This document shows positions 58,264 through 64,000 of a DNA stretch of 64,000 nucleotides, piece after piece. Position 1 is the stretch's first letter. Each line of letters starts with the position of its first letter. This stretch comes from Candidatus Sericytochromatia bacterium. GTDB taxonomy: Bacteria > Cyanobacteriota > Sericytochromatia > S15B-MN24 > VGJW01. Below the pieces are notes generated by a model that saw only the letters and a program-made list of their open reading frames with translations, had not been told where the DNA came from and did no database searches. The stretch is from contig JAYKHS010000005.1 of assembly GCA_035285865.1 (NCBI GenBank), positions 1 to 64,000 of the forward strand, given 5' to 3'. Made by a program: the position numbers and the translations under genes.

Positions 58264-59412
58264 GTGTTCCGGGACCTGCAGCGCCAGCTGGGGGAAATCC
58301 TGGGGCGAACGCCCGACCCGCTGGGTGCCATCACGCCCGAGCAGCTCAAGGTCGTGCTCCGGAACATCGAGACGCGTTACCACGACTTGCGCGAGGAGAA
58401 CGGCCGATTGCGGCGTCAGGCCGAGGAATCGCGGGCCGTGGCCGAGCGGCTCGAGACCGAGCGTGATGTCGCTCGCCGCGAGGCCGAGCGGGGTCCCGAG
58501 GCGATGTTGTCCCGCATGGCCGAGATGCAGCGGGAACTGGTCGCCGCAAGGGACGGTCAGGAACAGCTGGCGCTCGAGGTTGCCCAGTTCCGCCAGTTGC
58601 TGGTCGATGCCGATGCACTGAAGGATCAGGCGCTTGCCGATGCGCGCGGCATGGAGGATCGGGTCCGGGCTCTCGAGGCGGAGCGGGACCGGCTCCTCGT
58701 GGCGCTGGAACGAGCCGAGGAGGCGCGCGACGAATCACAGGGGGCGAGCGTGGCGATGCGCGAGGACCTCGAAGGAGCGCGGGAGGAGACCGTTCGTCTT
58801 GGCGTACGCGTCAGAGACCTCGAGGCTGCGCTCGAGGCTTGCGAGGAGGCCGTGGCGACAGAGCGGGAGGGTCGCGACGCAGCCCTTCGCCTGTTGGCTG
58901 CCGATCCCGAGAAAGAGGCACTCAAGGAACAGGTGCGCGAGCTTGAAGCGCGGGTGCTGTCGCTCGAGTCCGAGCAGATCGAACGAGAGACGGCACTGGC
59001 CGAGGCACTGAGCGCACGGGACGAGGTTCGTGAGGCCGAGGACCCGGGTGCGAGCCGGGAGCTCGAGGAGCGGCTGGCCGTGGCCGAGGGGGAACGGGAT
59101 GCCTTGGGCCGCATCGTCGAGACCTTGCGTGGCGAGCAGGAGCGTCTGACGGCCGAGATGCGTCGCCTGGGCGAGGACCATGGAGACATCCAGGCGCGGA
59201 TGTCCGACCTGTCCTTGCGGACGCGCCGCGTGCCCGATCCGTCTGTTCCGCCGGGCGACGTGGGTGAACTGCGTCGGCAGATGGAGGATTTGGGGCACAA
59301 ACTGGATAGGATGGTTCAGCAGCGTGGCCCCGAGCGTGGCCGTCAGCGGGCTTCGCGCCCTGAGGCGGGCGCGGATCCCGCACGCAAATTGGACTGGTTG
59401 ATGGGGCGCTGA
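58264..59412 (+). CDS. Long coiled-coil protein
   Basis: Near-continuous E/R/A/L heptads over ~300 aa; short amphipathic ends (KLDWLMGR). Confidence 0.8.
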   Translation: MFRDLQRQLGEILGRTPDPLGAITPEQLKVVLRNIETRYHDLREENGRLRRQAEESRAVAERLETERDVARREAERGPEAMLSRMAEMQRELVAARDGQEQLALEVAQFRQLLVDADALKDQALADARGMEDRVRALEAERDRLLVALERAEEARDESQGASVAMREDLEGAREETVRLGVRVRDLEAALEACEEAVATEREGRDAALRLLAADPEKEALKEQVRELEARVLSLESEQIERETALAEALSARDEVREAEDPGASRELEERLAVAEGERDALGRIVETLRGEQERLTAEMRRLGEDHGDIQARMSDLSLRTRRVPDPSVPPGDVGELRRQMEDLGHKLDRMVQQRGPERGRQRASRPEAGADPARKLDWLMGR

Positions 59413-59414
59413 GC

Positions 59415-59960
59415 GTGCGTCCCGAGGGGCTCGACCACGTCCTTGGTCGCATTCGCGATCTGGAGGATCGACTGGGGCTGGGACAGCGGCCCGAGGCCCG
59501 TGCAGGTGCGACCTTGGCCCCGTCCGGCAGGGCTCCGGCCCCTGGCACCTTGCCTCCGATGCAGGGTGCGGGTGCCTTCCGGGATGCGATTGCTGCGGCG
59601 GCACGCCACCAGGGCGTGGACCCGCGGTTGCTCGAAGCCGTGGTCGAGGCCGAGTCCGGGGGCAATCCCTCGGCCGTCTCCTCCAAGGGTGCGATGGGCC
59701 TCATGCAGCTCATGCCGAGTACTGCCCGGGCGCTGGGAGTCTCCCGTCCCCTCGATCCCGTCCAGAATCTGGAGGGTGGGGCTCGCTATCTCGCGGAACA
59801 ACTGCGCAACTTCGGGTCCGTCGAGCAGGCGCTAGCTGCCTACAACGCCGGCCCTCAGGCCGTGCGTCGCCACGGGGGCGTTCCGCCCTACCCCGAGACG
59901 AACAACTATGTGACGAAGATCATGGAGCGGATGCGCGCAACAGAGCCTGATTCCCGCTAA
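59415..59960 (+). CDS. Lytic transglycosylase (SLT domain)
   Basis: [40 protein letters not shown]. Confidence 0.95.
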   Translation: MRPEGLDHVLGRIRDLEDRLGLGQRPEARAGATLAPSGRAPAPGTLPPMQGAGAFRDAIAAAARHQGVDPRLLEAVVEAESGGNPSAVSSKGAMGLMQLMPSTARALGVSRPLDPVQNLEGGARYLAEQLRNFGSVEQALAAYNAGPQAVRRHGGVPPYPETNNYVTKIMERMRATEPDSR

Positions 59961-59985
59961 AGTCCCCCTGCAGGTCTGCCGAACA
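59958..59985 (+). promoter_or_regulatory. Sigma28-like promoter for flgF
   Basis: TAAA-N16-GCCGAACA. Confidence 0.7.
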
Positions 59986-60021
59986 TAAAACCGTTCGCAC
60001 GACTTATGTCAGGGAGGTCCG

Positions 60022-60786
60022 ATGATCCGGGGCATCTACACGGCAGCATCCGCGATGCTGGTCCAGATGGGGCTCCAGGACGTCGTCGGCAACAACCTGG
60101 CCAACGCCAACACCACCGCCTACAAGCGGGACGAGGTGTCCTTCAAGGCGCGGATCGACAAGACGATGTACCGCGTGGGCATGGCTCCCGGCGGTCCGGT
60201 TGATGGGCGCAGCCTCATCGGCAAGCTCTCGACAGGCTCGCAGGTGGCCGAGATCCGGCCGAACTTGGCGCAAGGCGAGCTGCGGCCCACCGACAATCCG
60301 CTGGATCTGGGTATCCGGGGCAAGGGCTTCTTTCTCGTCGAGAACGACAACGGGGAGCAGTTCCTGACCAGGGCCGGAAACTTCCTGGTGGATCGGGAGC
60401 GCAATCTCGTGGACGCTACGGGAGCCCGCGTGGTGGGTGACGGAGGGCCGCTCGTGATGCCCGAGCGCGCGACGGTGCTCATCAGTCAGGAAGGCGTCAT
60501 CACCGCAGGTTCCAAGGTCGTCGGCAGGCTTGCCATCCGCGAGGTGGCGCGCCCTGCCGAGCAGCTCGAGAAGGTGGGCGTCGGGCGTTTTCGTCTGAAA
60601 GCCGGCGAGATGGTCGCCAGTCGCTCCGAAGTGCATCAGGGTTACCTGGAGGCGTCGGACGTCTCGCCGACGCATGAGATGGTCAAGATGGTCACGGCGA
60701 TGCGGTCCTACGAGAGTTCGTCCAAGGCGATGCAGACGCACGACGAACTGCTGGGCAAGGCCGTCAACGAGTTGGGCAGGGTCTAG
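60022..60786 (+). CDS. flgF: Flagellar basal-body rod protein FlgF (FlhO-like)
   Basis: NNLANANT..YK, TDNPLDLGIRG.GFF, TRAGNF, QGYLEAS. Confidence 0.88.
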   Translation: MIRGIYTAASAMLVQMGLQDVVGNNLANANTTAYKRDEVSFKARIDKTMYRVGMAPGGPVDGRSLIGKLSTGSQVAEIRPNLAQGELRPTDNPLDLGIRGKGFFLVENDNGEQFLTRAGNFLVDRERNLVDATGARVVGDGGPLVMPERATVLISQEGVITAGSKVVGRLAIREVARPAEQLEKVGVGRFRLKAGEMVASRSEVHQGYLEASDVSPTHEMVKMVTAMRSYESSSKAMQTHDELLGKAVNELGRV

Positions 60787-60814
60787 GACCCGAAGGTCAG
60801 GGAGAACCACCGCC

Positions 60815-61597
60815 ATGATGGGAGCACTCTACAGCGCGGCCTCGGGGATGAAGGCCCAGCAGCTGAATATCGACGTCATCTCCAACAATCTCGCGAACGT
60901 CAACACCGGGGGCTTCAAGAAGTCCCGGGCCGAGTTCCAGGACCTCCTCTACCGCACCATCGCCGAGGCCGGCGTCCCGGTCAGCGGGGGCTCCAACACG
61001 CCGGTCGGCACCCAGGTGGGTACCGGTACCCGCTCCATCGCCATCTCCAAGGTCTTCAGCCAGGGCGACTTCAACCAGACGGACAATCCCCTCGATCTGA
61101 CGATCGAGAACGACGGCTTCTTCGTCGTGCAGATGCCCGATGGCACCCAGGCCTTCACGCGTGATGGTGCCCTCAAGATCGATCGCACGGGCCAGATCGT
61201 GACGGCAGAGGGTTATCCCCTCGTCCCGAACATCACCATCCCCCCTGGCGTGGTGCGCCCCAATGTCAGCCCGGAAGGCATCATCACGGCGACCATCGCG
61301 GGCGTGAACACGACGCTCGGCCAGCTTCAACTGGCGCGCTTCCTGAACCCTTCGGGCCTCAGTGCCGTGGGCCACAACCTCTACCGCGTGACCAACGCGT
61401 CCGGTGATCCCATTCAGGGCCTGCCCGGCATCGATGGCATGGGCAGCGTGATGCAGGGTTACCTCGAGGGCTCGAACGTCCGTGTCGTCGACGAGATGGT
61501 CAACCTGATCGTCGCCCAGCGCGCTTACGAGGCCAACAGCAAGTCGATCCAGACCTCGGACGACATGCTCAGCCAGGCCAACACCCTGAAGCGGTAG
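60815..61597 (+). CDS. flgG: Flagellar basal-body rod protein FlgG
   Basis: AASGM.AQQ..IDVISNNLANVNT.GFK, FQDLLY, TRDG, LIVAQRAYEANSK. Confidence 0.96.
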   Translation: MMGALYSAASGMKAQQLNIDVISNNLANVNTGGFKKSRAEFQDLLYRTIAEAGVPVSGGSNTPVGTQVGTGTRSIAISKVFSQGDFNQTDNPLDLTIENDGFFVVQMPDGTQAFTRDGALKIDRTGQIVTAEGYPLVPNITIPPGVVRPNVSPEGIITATIAGVNTTLGQLQLARFLNPSGLSAVGHNLYRVTNASGDPIQGLPGIDGMGSVMQGYLEGSNVRVVDEMVNLIVAQRAYEANSKSIQTSDDMLSQANTLKR

Positions 61598-61610
61598 GAA
61601 CTGACTCGCG

Positions 61611-61958
61611 ATGAACTTGTCGATCGGACCCGCTGCCGGCCGTCTCGCCCCCGCCCCCGCCCTGGGGCCCGGTGCGGGCGGTGGGGTGGGTCGCGGTCGT
61701 GCAAGGGCCAAGGATGATCGGGGTCGCCTGGTTCAGGCGGCGCAGGAGTTCGAAGCCATCCTGGTCCAGCACATGCTGGAGACCATGCGGAAGGCCAAGC
61801 TGGCCGAGGATCCGCTCGACAAGGGCAACGCGGCGTCCATCATCCATTCGTTGCAGGACGAGGCCATGGCGCGTTCCATCTCGAAGGGCAAAGGCCTCGG
61901 GCTGGCCGATGCCATCGTGCGTGACCTCGATCTCCGGATGGCGAAGGCGCGGCACTAA
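61611..61958 (+). CDS. flgJ: Single-domain rod-binding protein FlgJ
   Basis: AAQEFEAILVQHMLETMR, GLGLAD. Confidence 0.85.
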   Translation: MNLSIGPAAGRLAPAPALGPGAGGGVGRGRARAKDDRGRLVQAAQEFEAILVQHMLETMRKAKLAEDPLDKGNAASIIHSLQDEAMARSISKGKGLGLADAIVRDLDLRMAKARH

Positions 61959-61983
61959 AGTTCTCCGGGACTCCTGTCGATGA
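61956..61983 (+). promoter_or_regulatory. Sigma28-like promoter for flgM
   Basis: TAAA-N16-GTCGATGA. Confidence 0.65.
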
Positions 61984-62023
61984 TGTTCATGGGATGGAGT
62001 TCCATCCCGAAGAGGAACGGAAG

Positions 62024-62335
62024 ATGAGGATCGACCCACGGCTGCTTTCGCAGCACAACGATGTGGCGGCGACCCAGCGCAAGCGGGAAGCCGACGCCCT
62101 GAAGCCTTCGGCACCGGTTTCCGGTCCGGCGGCCCAGGTCTCGCTGTCCGGTCCCGGTGAGGCGCTTCAGCGATTCGGCGCGGTGCTTGGCAAGTCCGAG
62201 GTCAACCGTTCCGAGCTGGTGGCGCGCCTCAAGGCGGAGGTCGAAGCTGGAACCTACCAGCCGAGCGGGGAATCCATCGCCAAGGCGATCCTCGATCGCG
62301 ACGCCGACGCCGTCGACGTCGACGCCCTCCGTTAG
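62024..62335 (+). CDS. flgM: Anti-sigma28 factor FlgM
   Basis: MRID, VSLS, R.ELVARLK..VEAGTY....IA..I; lies upstream of flgN-flgK. Confidence 0.88.
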   Translation: MRIDPRLLSQHNDVAATQRKREADALKPSAPVSGPAAQVSLSGPGEALQRFGAVLGKSEVNRSELVARLKAEVEAGTYQPSGESIAKAILDRDADAVDVDALR

Positions 62336-62344
62336 GGGTCGGCC

Positions 62345-62851
62345 ATGGAAGCCCTCGAAGTCTTTGTCTCTTGCCTGGAGCGGGAGGTCAAGGCTTACGA
62401 GGGTTTCTTGGCGCGCCTGCCGCTGAAGCTGGCGCTGATGCGCAAGAATCAGGTGGGTCCGCTCGCCGCTCTGGTGGCGAGAGAGGAAGACGACAGGCGG
62501 ACCCTGGTGGCCATCGAGGTCGAACGTCGTGGCGCTGCGCGTCCGGTCGCGGCTGCACTGGGCTTGTCCGAGGCAGCGTCCTTGAGAGAGATGGCGGATG
62601 CGCTTGGCGGCGAAGCGCGTGAGCGGGTCCTCGCGCTGCGTGAGCGGCTCGCCGAGGTGCTGGGGCGTTTGCGTGCCGGCCAGGAAACTGCGTCGCTGTT
62701 GGCTCAAGCCAGCCTCGATTACGTCGGATTCTCCCTCGGGCTTTTCAGCCGAGCCCTCAACCCCGAGGTCCAACTGGCCGACATGACTTATGGGGGAATG
62801 CCCGGCGGCGTCGGGCGCGCAGCCTCCAGCCTGCTCGACCGGACGGCCTGA
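62345..62851 (+). CDS. flgN: Export chaperone FlgN
   Basis: Helical ~168-aa protein ending TYG...LLDRTA, between flgM and flgK. Confidence 0.82.
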   Translation: MEALEVFVSCLEREVKAYEGFLARLPLKLALMRKNQVGPLAALVAREEDDRRTLVAIEVERRGAARPVAAALGLSEAASLREMADALGGEARERVLALRERLAEVLGRLRAGQETASLLAQASLDYVGFSLGLFSRALNPEVQLADMTYGGMPGGVGRAASSLLDRTA

Positions 62852-62882
62852 GCAGGCGGGGGCCCCGAGTGGGGAGGTCCGG

Positions 62883-64000
62883 ATGTCCGCAGGCGATCTG
62901 ACGCGGCTCGGCATCAATGCGGCGACCAGGGGGTTGTTCGCGGCCCAGGCCGCCCTGACCACTGCAGGTCATGACATCACGAATGCCAACACCGAGGGGT
63001 TCAGCCGCCAGCGGGTCGAGCAGAGTTCGCTGCACCAGCAATTCCCTTTGGGCACGAATTCGGATCGGGTATTCTCGTCGATCGGCAATGGCGTCGAGGT
63101 CACGCGCGTGACGCGGCTTCGCGAAGGCTTCCTCGACGATCGGTTCAGAGCCATCAACCTCTCGTATTCGGAGCAGGCAGCCGTCAACAACGCCATTCGC
63201 GAGATCGAGGGCGTCTTCAACGAGCCATCGGATTCGGGCCTGAACGCGACGCTCGCCAGCTTCTTCGATTCGTGGCACGAGCTCTCGACGCACCCGACCG
63301 AGTCGTCTGCACGGGCGGCAGTCCGTGAGGCCGGCAAGACCCTGGCCCGCGCGCTCAACGAGACGGCGGCAGGTCTGTCTGCCGTGCGTCGGCACCTGGA
63401 CTCCCAGGTGGCGGCCGCGACCGATGAAATCAACGCCCACGTGCGCGAAATCGCGGCACTGAACGCCCAGATCGTGGCGTCTCAGGGTTCGGGGCTGTCC
63501 CCCAACGACCTGCTCGATGCGCGGGATCTTGCGTTGGATCGTCTGTCGGGGTTGGTCAAGACGAACCTGTCCACCCATTCGGATGGTTCGATCTGGGTCT
63601 ACTGCTACGGCAAGGGGCTTGTGACCGGCATTCAGGCCAATGAACTCAAGACACTGCCCGGCACCGACATGGGCTTGTCCAACATCGCGTACAAGGGCGA
63701 GCTGCTGACGCCTGAGGTTCTCGGGGGGCGCCTCAAGGGTCTGCTCGAGGTCCGTGATCAGGTCATCGGTCGGTCTCTGGTACCGGATGGGTTCAACCTG
63801 CCCAATACGCCCAATGGCTTGGCCTATCAGCTGGATCAGGTCGCCTCCCAGCTTGCCGAGGCCGTCAACGCGCTGCATGCCGCCGGTACCAACCTGGCGG
63901 GAACACCGTCGATCGAGTTCTTCGCCGTAGATGCCGCCCGAGTGACGGAAGGCGCGAGCCTGAGCCGTACGACCATCACGGCGCATTCGATCGCGGTCAA
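62883..64000 (+). CDS. flgK: Hook-associated protein FlgK, 3'-truncated (absent from the ORF track)
   Basis: GGGGAGG RBS; GLFAAQAAL.TAGHDITNANTEGFSRQRV, IGNGV, FNEPSDSGL, PNDLLDARD. Confidence 0.93.
   Translation, partial: MSAGDLTRLGINAATRGLFAAQAALTTAGHDITNANTEGFSRQRVEQSSLHQQFPLGTNSDRVFSSIGNGVEVTRVTRLREGFLDDRFRAINLSYSEQAAVNNAIREIEGVFNEPSDSGLNATLASFFDSWHELSTHPTESSARAAVREAGKTLARALNETAAGLSAVRRHLDSQVAAATDEINAHVREIAALNAQIVASQGSGLSPNDLLDARDLALDRLSGLVKTNLSTHSDGSIWVYCYGKGLVTGIQANELKTLPGTDMGLSNIAYKGELLTPEVLGGRLKGLLEVRDQVIGRSLVPDGFNLPNTPNGLAYQLDQVASQLAEAVNALHAAGTNLAGTPSIEFFAVDAARVTEGASLSRTTITAHSIAV

Overview
High-GC bacterial chromosomal segment with about 55 densely packed CDSs, one initiator tRNA and one candidate ncRNA. 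I found no CRISPR array, integrase or transposase. Housekeeping genes are thrS, gltX, ychF, hemW, nadC, mscS and moxR/DUF58. Motility genes are fliH-fliI, a FapA/DUF342 gene and flgF-flgG-flgJ-flgM-flgN-flgK (truncated), with sigma28-like promoters. Many hydrolases are present, most with export signals: S8, M14, C11, C39 and C92 peptidases, two GH1s and a deacetylase-LysM-GH fusion. An LptD-like outer-membrane gene together with a Firmicutes-style rod operon lacking flgA/H/I suggests a flagellated diderm Terrabacteria lineage such as Sericytochromatia/Melainabacteria (inference only). Best candidates for undescribed systems: (1) a 1307-aa RelE-like + SF1 helicase + coiled-coil + tandem IF2_N-like protein near orphan DNA methyltransferases; (2) a chromosomal ParM-like actin + coiled-coil + lytic transglycosylase module directly upstream of the flagellar rod genes; (3) an 81-aa sigma28-driven, needle-subunit-like gene bracketed by an exact 70-bp direct repeat; (4) a 1371-aa lipoprotein with four copies of an unrecognised ~170-200-aa domain; (5) a ~140-nt candidate structured RNA upstream of mscS. 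All family calls come from motif recognition by eye, not database searches, and several start codons were re-chosen from RBS or signal-peptide context.
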